Positions 1 through 10,700 of a stretch of DNA of 64,000 nt are shown here, piece after piece. Numbering within the stretch: the first letter of the stretch is position 1; every line of letters starts with the position of its first letter. The DNA lies in the NCBI GenBank assembly GCA_963788655.1, contig CAWBHS010000064.1, positions 8,982 to 72,981 on the forward strand. Reading direction: 5' to 3'. Made by a program: the position numbers and the translations under genes. The notes under the pieces are model-generated. The model was given only the letters and a program-made list of their open reading frames with translations, had not been told where the DNA came from and ran no database searches. The stretch comes from an uncultured Verrucomicrobiae bacterium. Its GTDB lineage: Bacteria > Verrucomicrobiota > Verrucomicrobiia > Limisphaerales > JAFGQR01.

Positions 1-3000
1 CCATAACCGAGAATCGCCGGCCCGCTGTTCCACAGTTGGTCGTCGAAGCCGGGTATCTGCCAGTTCGTGCCGGCATTGGTCCCGTGTGCTTCATATTTCC
101 AGGTCGAACCGATCGAAACCAGCGGCCCGCTCACCACCGGCACCGGGCTCGCGAACGCCGCCATCCGCAAGTCAAACGCGAGGTTGGTGCTGGCCTGGCT
201 GGCCTGGTGGACTTCGACGGACACAATATTGGTTCCGGGCATCAGCAAGGTCGCGCTGGCATACGCCGTCTGAAAGACGTCCACCTGGTCCGGATTGACG
301 TTGGTCAGCGCCAAGGTGCTGAACAGGACCTGGCCGGTCGGCATGTTGTTGCGGAACACCTCGTGACCGTTCAAATAAACCACCGCGCCATCATCCCGTT
401 TCAGTTCGAAGCGCAGAAAGTCGTATTGGGCCGTCGGCGCCACGTTGAACCGCTTGCGGAAGTAGTACGTTGTAAACCGGTTGGTGGCCGGGCCGGGATT
501 GAGCACCGTGACGGGATGATTGCCAAAGCCCAGTTCGGCCTGTCCGAAGGACCAAACGCTGTCATCGAAGTTCAATATGGTCCAGTTGGTGCCTTGATCC
601 AGGCCATTGTCGAGATACCGCCAGACAGCACCTTCGGGAAGCAACGTCACGGGCGGTTCCACGAGGGTGACGGTCACCGGCGTGGAGTCGCGGGTTTGGG
701 CGCTGTTGTCGGTGGCCCGAGCCGTGATGGCATAAGTTCCGGCGTCCACGTTGGACAGCAACACACTGTACGGCGGGGTGTCGGATTGACCTAACTTGCG
801 CGGGCCGGCGAAGTATTCGACCAGCGTTACCAAACCATCGCTATCCGTCGCCGTCGCCGCCAGTTGCAGGCTGTCGCTTGCCAAGACTGCGTTGTCCGCC
901 GGGCTGGTCACCGTCACGGTCGGCGAGGTATTGCTGACCGTGGCATTACCCAGCAATTCGAGGGCAAACGCCAAATCAAAACTAGTGGGCGAGCTTTGGT
1001 GGACTTCAACCGCCAGCACGTTCACGCCATTGCTAAGGAGTAATGGACTGACTGGAGTCGCGTAATAAAGCTGTTCCGCCAAACCGGTGACATCGGACAG
1101 TGCCCGCGTGGTGTTGCCCACCGTGCCGGTGGGCAGGTTGCTGCGGAACACTTCAACGCCATTGAGATAGACGCGCGCGCCATCGTCCCGCAAGACGCGG
1201 AGGGTCAGGTTGGAATAGACGCCGGCATTCTCCACGGCAAAGGAACGGCGGAAATAGGTGGTGATGTAACGGAACGTTGGCGAGCCGCCGTCCACCACGG
1301 TGGCCACGTCATCCCGGCCATAGCCAAGCAAGGCGGGACCCGCAGCCCAATCGCTGTCGTTGAAATCAGGCATCTGCCAGTTGGCGCCGGGATTGATGCC
1401 GTGATCCAGGTATTTCCAATCTGATCCCAAAGCCACTATCGGCCCGCTGGTGGGCGGCATCACGGTGACGTTCAGCGTGGAGTTGTTGTTGGCCGAATTG
1501 GGATCGTTTTCACTCGCGGCGACGGCGGCGGTAAACGCGGCAGTGCCCGGCACACTCAGCACCACATTGAAGCTGACGTTCGTCCCGGCACCGGCAGATA
1601 GGTCACCCAATTGGACGGTCAGCACCTGGCCATTGAGCGTGGGGGTACCCAGATTCGAGTTGCTCTCCACCAGCGTAGCCCCGGCGGGCAACTGCTCGGT
1701 CAACGTGAGGGCGGTTGCTTTCGAAGGGCCGTAGTTCGTGATGCCGACATTGATGCTGAGCATCGTCTCGGCAGCCACTTGATTGCTCGAAGCAGTGGAC
1801 TGGATCACCAAATCGGCCGAGCCGGGCACCGGCGTGGCGCTCAGAATACTCAGGCTCCAGCCTTGCTCGATGCTGCCCTGATCACCACTGCTGTCATCAT
1901 AGACATACAATAGCCAGTTGCCGTTCGCGTTGATACCGGTGAAGGCGGACAGGTTCACTCCGTACGGCCCGTTTGTCGCCGGTGCCGGGAAGGTTTCTCC
2001 CGGCGCAAAGTCGGTCGGCCGGAACGTCCCGGAAACCAGCGGCCCGGTGCTCGTTAACCCGTTCGCACTCTGCCCGTCGAACTTCAACGTCACGTTGGTC
2101 ACCGCGATGCCGCCGCCGGTATCGGACATCAAAAGCGATTTCTGACCCAAGGGCGCCACCAGTAGCACGTCGATGTCCTCCGGATAGGTGTGGGCCAATC
2201 CGTTAAGGGTGGCGGTGACTTTGCTGATCGGGTTGGTCACACCGGCCACCGCAATGATCGACGGATACGGGGAAGCCGGGCCAAACGGCGCAATCAGGAT
2301 GCGCGTCTTGTTGGTGAAGGATTGCTCGCGCGACAGCCCAAATTCAAACCGGGCCAAACCGAGTTGGTTGGTGCCGTCCCGCAGTTGCAAGGTAGCGACA
2401 ATGTTGCCGCCGCTGACGCCAATGTTGGAGAACGTGAACAGCCGGCTTGTCACTGGGGCATCGGGTTCGAGCGCGCCATAGACCTGGCTGGACACCGCCC
2501 CCGGCAGCACGCCGTTGGTGGCCAACAGCGTGGCGGTGAAGTTTGCGCTGGTCGGCACGGCACCGATGTTGCGCAAGGCCAGATACGCGGTCACCGTTTC
2601 GCCCGGAGCAATCGAGTTGTCCGCATCGCCCGACAGCGCCGCACCGGCGGCAATGATGGTCGGGGTTGAAGAAATGACAGTGGTGACCAGGTGGGTGGTG
2701 TTGTTTGCCAACAACGGATCGTGAACTTCCGAACCCACGGCCAGGCCGTTGGTAATCAGACCGGCCTGAGTGGGCGTTACTTCGATCACAATCTCCGTGT
2801 TCGTGAAGGCCGGCAAATCGCCCAGGGCACAATAGACCTGGCCAGCCTGGTTCGTGGCAAAGGCCAACGCATTGCTTACCGAACGCAGCGCCACTGAAGC
2901 CGGCAATGTATTGGTCAGCAGCACGGTGGTGGCGGCATTCGGCCCGCGGTTCGTCACCGTTACCCGGTAGGTCAGGTTGCTGCCCACCCGCACCGGATCC

Positions 3001-6000
3001 GGCTCACTCACGCCGGAGACGGCCAAGTCCGCCGAGTGTTTGACGATGGTGCTGATGGTGGCCGTGTTGTCACTCAGGTTCAAATCGGACAGCATGGACG
3101 CCACCGTGGCAGTGCTCACCAACGTTCCCGCAGACTGCGGTTCGACGACGACGGTGAACGTCAGGCCGGTTTGGTTGGTGATGAAACCCAGATCAAACAC
3201 CAGCACGTTGCCGTCTTGTTCCGGCGGATTGGGAGCGTTGGTCGTTGACAGGAACTGCGCATTGGCCATCAGCGTATTGCTCAACGTAACGCCTTCGGCC
3301 ACCGCGGTGCCACGATTCTCCACCGTCACGGTATAACTCAACGGGCTGCCCACATACGCCGTCTCAGTCAAAGCCGTCAGGGTGACGTGCAAGTCAGGCC
3401 CAGCGTTGACCGGCACCACCGTGCTGAGGTGGAGGCTCCAACCGGAGATGTCCCCGGCGTCCAATCGCTGGTCGTCCATGACGTAGAGTTGCCAATCGCC
3501 ATTAGGATTGATGCCGTTATACACGGCCAGGGATGTGCCATACGAACCGGTGGGCGCCGGGGGCGTAAAGTAATCTCCCGGTTCGTAGTCCGTGGGCCGG
3601 TAGGTGTGCCCCGTGATCGCCGTGGTGTCGGGCAACGGTTCGCCAGCGTTCTGATCAAACGTGAAACTCCACTTGTTCAACGCATTATTGCCACCGGCAT
3701 CGGACATCAAGATCACGGCCTGCCCGTCCGGCCCCACCAACAGAATATCCATGTCCCGCGGAAAGCTGTGGCTCACCTTGTTCAGGCTGACTGTGACCTG
3801 CGTCAGCACACCGGGAACATTGGTCACGGTGATCACCGAGGGGTACGGCGTCGCCGAGGTGGCGTCGTTGACGGTGATCGTTTCGGGATTGGCGAACTCC
3901 TGATCGGTCACGCCCAGGGTAAAATGGAACTCCACTGTGCCCAGCTTGTGGCCGCCTTCGGACAGTTGCAACACCGCCCCGACGGAACCGCCGGAAGCGC
4001 CCATTGCCGTGAAGGTGAATTCCTGCGGCGACTCCGGGCCATCGGCGACCAACACGCCATAGTTCTGCGGGCTGCTGGGAATGGAAACCCCGTTGGTTTC
4101 CAGCAATTCCGCGAGCACGTCGCCAGTGTTCGCGGTACCGATATTCTGCAGGTAAAGCCAGACGGTGACTTGTTCGCCGGGGTCAATGCCGCCGTTGCCG
4201 TTGTCATCGCTCATCAGTTCCGCCCGCGTCGCCACGATGTTGGCAACCGGTTGCACCACCTCGGTCGTCGCGATGAAGGTGTTGTCGGCCAGGTTTAAAT
4301 CCCCGTTGTTGCCGCCGACACTGAACACATTGGTCACTGTGCCGGGGAGGCTGTTCGTCACCACGATGGTCGAGGTGGCGCTGGCGCGGGGACCGATGAG
4401 GCCGTAGTTAATGCGCAACACCCGGTTCAACAGCGAATAAGTGCCTTGCGAATTCGTCACAGCCACCACGTTCATGTTGGCGGGCAGGGCGTTGGTCAGC
4501 ACCACGCCGCGGGCCTCGAGGGGACTGCGGTTGGTGACGGTGACGGTGTAGGTCAGGTTGTCGTTAGCCAAGACCGGATCAGGCTCAGCGGTAACGCTCA
4601 CCGCCAGATCCGGGGCGCACGGACCATGGCCTTCGTTACACTGGATGGGATACAGGGTGAGCGTCCAGCATTCCAATACGCCAACATCGAATTGGCCGGC
4701 GTCCACCACGTGCAGTTTCCAAAGCCCATTGACGGCGGCGCCGGTCTTGCCTTTGAACACCGCCAGTGGTTCTTCGGGACGATACGAGCCGAGGTACGGA
4801 GCTAGTCCCTGGTCAATCCCAACGCGAGCGCGGTCATCGAACGTGGTGCGGCTCGAGTTTGGCGAACAACCCAGTCCGAAGCCGGCACTGTAGCCGCCCC
4901 GATTGCGGACCAGAGCGATCTCCGTCCCGTCCGGACCAATCAGGCTCACGGTCAGATCAGCGGTGTAGGTGTGCGGCAAGTGCATGGAAACGGTGACCTT
5001 GCCAACCGGATCGGCAAAGCCGAACACTTGCACGGAGGAATTCACTCCACTGGGTTTGTTATCGGGAATCGGCACCGGAGAATTGTTCGCATAACTATTG
5101 GCGTTCAGGCTTACAAACCCGGTGTTCACCACAAACTCATTGGTCCGCACTTCGAGCGAAGACGAAATCACCAGCTTGAACCAGATCGGGGCGCCACAGG
5201 GAAATTCCGGCGCGGTATAGACGCGGAAAGGCGTCAAGTTGACGCCCACCTCGGCTCCTCCCAAGGGAGGATAGGCCGACGTGCCGTCCACCACGGTCAC
5301 GTAGGTGTTGGTGGTGGACAAGGTGGCCACGATGTTGCCGGCCACCGAGGTCGTACCGTTGCGCAAAACGAGGTTCAACTCCGCGCATTCGTTGTAATCC
5401 AGCGTGTTGTTGCCGTTGCCGGTCAGGATATCGTTGACGACCGTGCTCACGTAACTCAGGCCGGGCATGTCAAACGCTTCCACCACGCCGATGCACGTCG
5501 TGCTGTCCGGCGACGTGGCGCTGCCGCCCATGCCACGTTTGGCAAAGGCCCGCCAAATCTCCATCTGGTTTTCGCCACCGGTGTCCACCAAGTCGGCCTG
5601 CAGAATCGCGTCGCGCAGTTGGAGGAAATTGGGATTGGCCGGCGACAGACGTTCCCCATCGTAAACCAATTGCAGGGCCAGGACGTTGCCATTGGTCCAG
5701 CCGTGTTTGGCCACCAAGTTCACGCGCATTTCCCACAAGGTCATGCACCACACTTCTCCGGCATTGTGGACTTCATCAGCCGGGCCACCAATGATCGGGC
5801 TAAGCGGAATCCCCGTGTGCGGGCTGGCCTGCAACGGATCGATATCCTTGTAGGTTAGCGGATTCTTGAGCAGGTTCGTGGAATAGGGATAGCGCCGGAT
5901 GCCGAAGTAATAATTCTCCCGGAAAGGAGGTACAATATCATAAGTAACGTATCCTCCGTTCGGATAAACGCCGCCCAAATCGTCCGATGGTTCGCTCAGG

Positions 6001-7643
6001 GTCGTCATCGCGAAGAAGTCGGAATTGCCTTCGTGAATGGCGCCGGACTGGCCGAAATAATTCACGCCCACGCCGCCGCCGAGCGTCCGTTCGGTAATCC
6101 CGTGGGTGTGTTCGTGCAAAATCACATCGGATGTAAGCGCGCAATCCCGCCGAGGGGTGGGTCCGTCAAAGACATACATCCGCATCAAGGGAGCCGTGCC
6201 GTCCGGCGGGGTGGACATGGTGGCATTGTTGGCAAAGCCAAACAGTTCCCCCCACAGTGCCATGGCGTTGACCGGATCCTGGTCCAGGCCGCCACGGCCG
6301 AAGTTGTCCAATTGAAAATTTCCGGCCGCTTCGGTGAAGCCCAGCCGGTATATGAAATCGTGGTACCGGTTGTTGATGTAGAACAACTGCACTACCGAGG
6401 AATCGGTGTAATTCGTCGGATCCCCGGTAAGGTCCTGCGGAAAATCAAACACGCGAAACGGAACGCCTTGAGGCCGCGGCCCGTCGGGTTGCAAATTGCC
6501 ATCACGATCGAGGAAGGCATCCACATTGTTGCCCATGGTGGTGTTGTCGCCGTCATTGATCCAACCGTTGGGCGAGGCGTTCGTGTTCAGCGCGTCAATC
6601 ACCAGCAACTGCCGCGGGGTCAGCGGCGGCTGGTTGATATTGGGGGTGAACCAACCGGGCGTGAACGGTGAGGGATCGTCACTGGTGTACACCCGGTAGG
6701 TGGCGTTGGTAAGATAGCGGGTCAGCCCCCGGCGCACGAGCATGTCGCCGTTCACCGCATCGACCAGCAGGAGGAACATTTCATGGCGGCTGCCGCTGTT
6801 GAGGATGATTTGCCAGCACAATTTCAGGTTGGCCCGGCTCATCGGCAGCCAGACCAGTTGCGCCTGCACGGTACCCTCGAGGGCGGGCGCGGCGTTGAAT
6901 TGCTGGTGCTGGGCCGCACCTTGCGGTTGGCCAACGGCACTCACCTGCGCTGCGGTCAACGTATCGTCGCCGACGTTGCGGGCGGCCGCCACAATCGCTT
7001 GCGCAGCGGTGATCGGCGGTGCGGTCTGTACGGCGGCACGGTTCGCCACGCCGGCATCCGCGGCTGCGGCAGCGTTCGGAACAAAATGAGTGGCCAAGTT
7101 CACCAGTTCACCCTGTTTGGTAATGTTGCCGATGATGACCGCCTGGTACACCGGAATGCCGTCCAATTGCTGCTGCCAGACCGTCGTGCGCAGTCCGTTG
7201 TGCGGAGTCACATAGTCACGTTGCACGGTCGCGCTGGCCAGAATGTCCGCGCCATAGCCGTACCATTCGGCGTGTTCGTTTAAGAAAGCTTTAACCGACC
7301 GGTGCGGATCGCTGGCCGGAATGGCCTGGGCGTAAGCCGGATCGATACCCAATCCTTCAGCCTGAGGACCACTCAGGAAGGTGAAGCGCGAGGAGACAAA
7401 TCCGGGCGTGCCCAGGATCGGGTCGGTTTGCGCGTCCAAGCCCGGAACCCGTTCGGTTAAGGCGTTCACCTTTTGGCCCTGGCCCGCCGGTGCGGCTTCG
7501 ATCGGCACCGGCACCGCCAACCGCCGATCAAAATCCTGAAGCTGAGGGCGCGCAGGCGCTCGAAAGGCCCGGGCGACATTGGTTAATCCCGCGGCCAACA
7601 CCAAACTGGCCGCGAGCATAAAGAGGTTCCGTTTCGCGCTCAT
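1..7643 (-). CDS. Giant secreted M36 (fungalysin-family) zinc metallopeptidase with FTP-like propeptide, proprotein-convertase P-domains, DUF11 and Ig-like/beta-sandwich modules; 3' end outside window
   Basis: Translated by hand; absent from the ORF track because there is no stop in the window. Signal peptide MSAKRNLFMLAASLVLAAGLTNVARA from ATG 7643 (alternative ATG 7658). Propeptide GLRTTVWQQQLDGIPVY. Zinc motif HEHTH at 6116-6102, then GAIHEGNSDFF and EVHNAGEVWCMTLWEMR. P-domain motifs HTYTADL, HSFPRDMD, HTYPEDID. DUF11 ends (DLNLADN, DLNLSDN). WKYLD...FNDSDW..GPALLGYG...YFRRSF...DDGARVYLNG module. Same frame at 7643, 6116 and 20. Confidence 0.9.
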   Translation of the reverse strand, partial: MSAKRNLFMLAASLVLAAGLTNVARAFRAPARPQLQDFDRRLAVPVPIEAAPAGQGQKVNALTERVPGLDAQTDPILGTPGFVSSRFTFLSGPQAEGLGIDPAYAQAIPASDPHRSVKAFLNEHAEWYGYGADILASATVQRDYVTPHNGLRTTVWQQQLDGIPVYQAVIIGNITKQGELVNLATHFVPNAAAAADAGVANRAAVQTAPPITAAQAIVAAARNVGDDTLTAAQVSAVGQPQGAAQHQQFNAAPALEGTVQAQLVWLPMSRANLKLCWQIILNSGSRHEMFLLLVDAVNGDMLVRRGLTRYLTNATYRVYTSDDPSPFTPGWFTPNINQPPLTPRQLLVIDALNTNASPNGWINDGDNTTMGNNVDAFLDRDGNLQPDGPRPQGVPFRVFDFPQDLTGDPTNYTDSSVVQLFYINNRYHDFIYRLGFTEAAGNFQLDNFGRGGLDQDPVNAMALWGELFGFANNATMSTPPDGTAPLMRMYVFDGPTPRRDCALTSDVILHEHTHGITERTLGGGVGVNYFGQSGAIHEGNSDFFAMTTLSEPSDDLGGVYPNGGYVTYDIVPPFRENYYFGIRRYPYSTNLLKNPLTYKDIDPLQASPHTGIPLSPIIGGPADEVHNAGEVWCMTLWEMRVNLVAKHGWTNGNVLALQLVYDGERLSPANPNFLQLRDAILQADLVDTGGENQMEIWRAFAKRGMGGSATSPDSTTCIGVVEAFDMPGLSYVSTVVNDILTGNGNNTLDYNECAELNLVLRNGTTSVAGNIVATLSTTNTYVTVVDGTSAYPPLGGAEVGVNLTPFRVYTAPEFPCGAPIWFKLVISSSLEVRTNEFVVNTGFVSLNANSYANNSPVPIPDNKPSGVNSSVQVFGFADPVGKVTVSMHLPHTYTADLTVSLIGPDGTEIALVRNRGGYSAGFGLGCSPNSSRTTFDDRARVGIDQGLAPYLGSYRPEEPLAVFKGKTGAAVNGLWKLHVVDAGQFDVGVLECWTLTLYPIQCNEGHGPCAPDLAVSVTAEPDPVLANDNLTYTVTVTNRSPLEARGVVLTNALPANMNVVAVTNSQGTYSLLNRVLRINYGLIGPRASATSTIVVTNSLPGTVTNVFSVGGNNGDLNLADNTFIATTEVVQPVANIVATRAELMSDDNGNGGIDPGEQVTVWLYLQNIGTANTGDVLAELLETNGVSIPSSPQNYGVLVADGPESPQEFTFTAMGASGGSVGAVLQLSEGGHKLGTVEFHFTLGVTDQEFANPETITVNDATSATPYPSVITVTNVPGVLTQVTVSLNKVSHSFPRDMDILLVGPDGQAVILMSDAGGNNALNKWSFTFDQNAGEPLPDTTAITGHTYRPTDYEPGDYFTPPAPTGSYGTSLAVYNGINPNGDWQLYVMDDQRLDAGDISGWSLHLSTVVPVNAGPDLHVTLTALTETAYVGSPLSYTVTVENRGTAVAEGVTLSNTLMANAQFLSTTNAPNPPEQDGNVLVFDLGFITNQTGLTFTVVVEPQSAGTLVSTATVASMLSDLNLSDNTATISTIVKHSADLAVSGVSEPDPVRVGSNLTYRVTVTNRGPNAATTVLLTNTLPASVALRSVSNALAFATNQAGQVYCALGDLPAFTNTEIVIEVTPTQAGLITNGLAVGSEVHDPLLANNTTHLVTTVISSTPTIIAAGAALSGDADNSIAPGETVTAYLALRNIGAVPTSANFTATLLATNGVLPGAVSSQVYGALEPDAPVTSRLFTFSNIGVSGGNIVATLQLRDGTNQLGLARFEFGLSREQSFTNKTRILIAPFGPASPYPSIIAVAGVTNPISKVTATLNGLAHTYPEDIDVLLVAPLGQKSLLMSDTGGGIAVTNVTLKFDGQSANGLTSTGPLVSGTFRPTDFAPGETFPAPATNGPYGVNLSAFTGINANGNWLLYVYDDSSGDQGSIEQGWSLSILSATPVPGSADLVIQSTASSNQVAAETMLSINVGITNYGPSKATALTLTEQLPAGATLVESNSNLGTPTLNGQVLTVQLGDLSAGAGTNVSFNVVLSVPGTAAFTAAVAASENDPNSANNNSTLNVTVMPPTSGPIVALGSDWKYLDHGINPGANWQMPDFNDSDWAAGPALLGYGRDDVATVVDGGSPTFRYITTYFRRSFAVENAGVYSNLTLRVLRDDGARVYLNGVEVFRSNLPTGTVGNTTRALSDVTGLAEQLYYATPVSPLLLSNGVNVLAVEVHQSSPTSFDLAFALELLGNATVSNTSPTVTVTSPADNAVLASDSLQLAATATDSDGLVTLVEYFAGPRKLGQSDTPPYSVLLSNVDAGTYAITARATDNSAQTRDSTPVTVTLVEPPVTLLPEGAVWRYLDNGLDQGTNWTILNFDDSVWSFGQAELGFGNHPVTVLNPGPATNRFTTYYFRKRFNVAPTAQYDFLRFELKRDDGAVVYLNGHEVFRNNMPTGQVLFSTLALTNVNPDQVDVFQTAYASATLLMPGTNIVSVEVHQASQASTNLAFDLRMAAFASPVPVVSGPLVSIGSTWKYEAHGTNAGTNWQIPGFDDQLWNSGPAILGY

Positions 7644-7781
7644 ATTCAAATTACACATTCCGAGAAAAAACTTCGTTCCCCGATTCGGAAGCCCTAATCG
7701 CTCCCGACCGGCGATCTTGCCGACGCATCCTTGCGCGTGCTGTGGACGTGATCAGTCCCGCCGGCAGCACGCCGGTTTAAT

Positions 7782-10700
7782 TCAAGGCACCATTTCCAAC
7801 CGGTAATAGGCATGGACGCCGCTGCTGACCGGAAGCCGCACAACATTCCAACCGTCTTCCACCACCGATGGCGTCGCAACCGGCGATCCAGTTCACCGGG
7901 ATTTCAGACGTAGGGGTGGTTTCCAGGACAAAGTTCATTCCTCCATCGAGCCAGCGAATCTCCAACGAGCCTTGATTGATCGAGAACCGCAAAGCCGGGA
8001 CAAAGACTGTCGTTGTGACTTGTGCCGCATTGTTGGCCGTAACCGGATCGAAGGAATCGTTCGTGACACTGGCCGTGTTGGTGAGGGTCAGGGAGTCTCT
8101 TATCGACGACGCCACCTCTGCCGTGACCTTGAGGACGGCGTAACCATTCACGGCCAGGTTGGTGATCAGACCGCTCACCCGGCCGGAGGAAACCTTCAGT
8201 GGCTCGGCGCTGGTGCTGCTGGTGTCCAGGCTGGCTGACTGCACATTGACGCCGGCCAATTGCGGTGACAGCGCGTCGAGAAAGAACACGTTGCTGGCCG
8301 GGTTTGGACCATGATTGGTCAGCATCATCGAATACGTCACGGTGCCGCCCGGCATGACCACTTCCGGCGCCCCGGTCAGGACCACGGACAAATCGGCCGC
8401 CAGAGCAACGGTGGTTTTGAGATGGCTCGTATTGTTCCCCAAATTCAGATCGGGCGTGTCGGCGGCCACAGTGGCGGTGAAATCCAGGGTTCCCGGCGAC
8501 GCCGGCGCGGTCACCACCAACGTCACGGTAGCCCGGCCGCCCACCGCCAGACTGCCCAGGCTCGCAATGACGTTGCGGCCGGACACCGTCAAGCTGCCCA
8601 CGCTGGTATTGCTGGACTGCAAAGTCGCCCCCACGGGCAACAGGTTGGTCACCCCCACGTTCTGCGCCGTAGCCGGCCCGTGGTTGGTGACGTCCACGGT
8701 GTACGTCACCGGAGCGCCGAGGGAGGCGGTAGTCGGCGACGCGGTAACCTTCACCGACACGTCGGCCACCGGCGCGAAAGTTCCGCCGCCGTTAATCGAG
8801 ATGGACCAACCGCCGGCAATGACACCGCTATCGAGGCCGTTGTCATCAACCACATACAAGGACCAATTACCGTTGGGGTTCACGCCAACGAAATCCGTCA
8901 GTGTCGTGCCGTTGGCGAAGCCAGGACCCGGCGGCGGGAAGTAATCCGCCGGCACTTCAAAATTCGTGGGCCGATAGGTGCCAGAGGTTATCACCCCATT
9001 CTGCGGCAAGGTGTTGGTCGAGGTGTTGTCAAAGGTGAGCGTCACGTTGTCAATGGAGCCTTCCCCAGCATCGGACATGAGGATGACACTGCGCAGAATG
9101 GCGTTAGGATTGTTGGGATCTTGCAACGCCAAAGCCATGTCAATGTCCTTGGGAAACGTATGGCGCATATTGCGAACCGTGACCGTAAGGTTGCTCACCA
9201 ATCCGGCCACGTTGGAAACGGTGATGAAGGACGGGTACGGCGAGGCCGGCGCGTTATCATTGATCGTGATCACGTCGGCGTTTTCATACGTGAGCGAGAC
9301 CCGGCCGAGCGTGAACGGCACGCGAATGATCGCGTTAATTAGATCGCCTTCCCGCAGCACCAAGACCGCCGTGAGCGTGCTGCCGATGGTGCCTTGCGCC
9401 GTGAAGGCAAAGTCGCGCGCCACGGCGTCGCCGCCCGCCGTCAACACGCCGTAATCGTTGGTGACCCCGGTGGTACTGCCGCCAAACACGACTCCGTTGG
9501 TCGCCAGCAGGGTGGCCTGGAGATTGATGGTATCGTTGGTGCCGCGATTGCGGAAGGCAAACGACACGGTCACCGCTTCGCCCGGATCAATGAAATTATT
9601 GGGCTGCGTTTCGCTCACCAGTGCCGCCCCGGCAAACTCAATGATGCCAATGTCCGCATCCCGGATGGAAACGGTCGCCTCAGCGGGGCTGCCAATAAGC
9701 ACGCCGCCCTGCGGATTGGAGAGCTTGAGATTGAAGGTTTCCATGCCTTCGACCTGACCGTCCAGGTTGATCGGAATCACGAGGCTCTTCTGAGACTCGC
9801 CGTTGCCGAAAGCGACCACGCCGGTGGCATTGGTGTAATCCACGCCCGCCGTGGCGTTGCCGCCACTGGCGGTGTACTGCACGGAAACGGCGCGATTGGT
9901 GCCGCCGGTGCGCAGCAGCGGAACGACCAGGTTGTTGCCTTCATCCACGGTGTAACTGGCGGAGGACAAGGCGATGATGCCGGCGTCGTCCACAATGTCG
10001 AGCGTGGCAAATCCGGCCGTTGGTTCAATGAAGGCGCCCACCGGGAAGGCGAGTTGGAGGTAGAGCGTCTTGACCCCTTCCACAATGGCGTTGGTGAGGA
10101 TCGGCACCAGCACGGTCTTGTTCGTGAGATCCCCGTTGGCCCAGGTCACCACATTGGAGACGTTGACGTAGTCCTGGCCAGCCAGGGCGGTACCGTTGAT
10201 GGTGTTGAAGACGACGGACACAACGCCGTCGGAGAGACCATTGCGCACCAGCGTGATCATGGCGTTGGTGCCCTTCTCGCTGACGACATAGTTGGTTTGC
10301 GCAAAGCCGACGCTCTTCTCGTCGTCCAAGATCAAAATGATGGCGGTTCCCTGGCCGCTAATCACGCCGTTGGTGGACGGATCGAGCAACGCCAAGTTGA
10401 CCGTCTGGTTCCCCTCGACGTTGAACTCGTCCAGAATCTGAACGCCAAAGGTGTTGGTAGTCTGGCCCGGCAGGTAATCCAAGACGCCATTGGCGGGCAG
10501 GTATTTCAGGAAAGCGGTGGCGGTGCCATCGCTGGTCGCGAAATTGACGGACGCCGGAAAGTTCGTGGCGCCAAACCGGTTCACCTGGATGATCAGGTTG
10601 GTGTAGGACTCGACCACCGTGTACACCGCCGAACTGAAGCTGAAGGCCGCGTCGTCATCGACAATCTTCAGCGGCACGGTGATGCGCGGGCCGAGGATCA

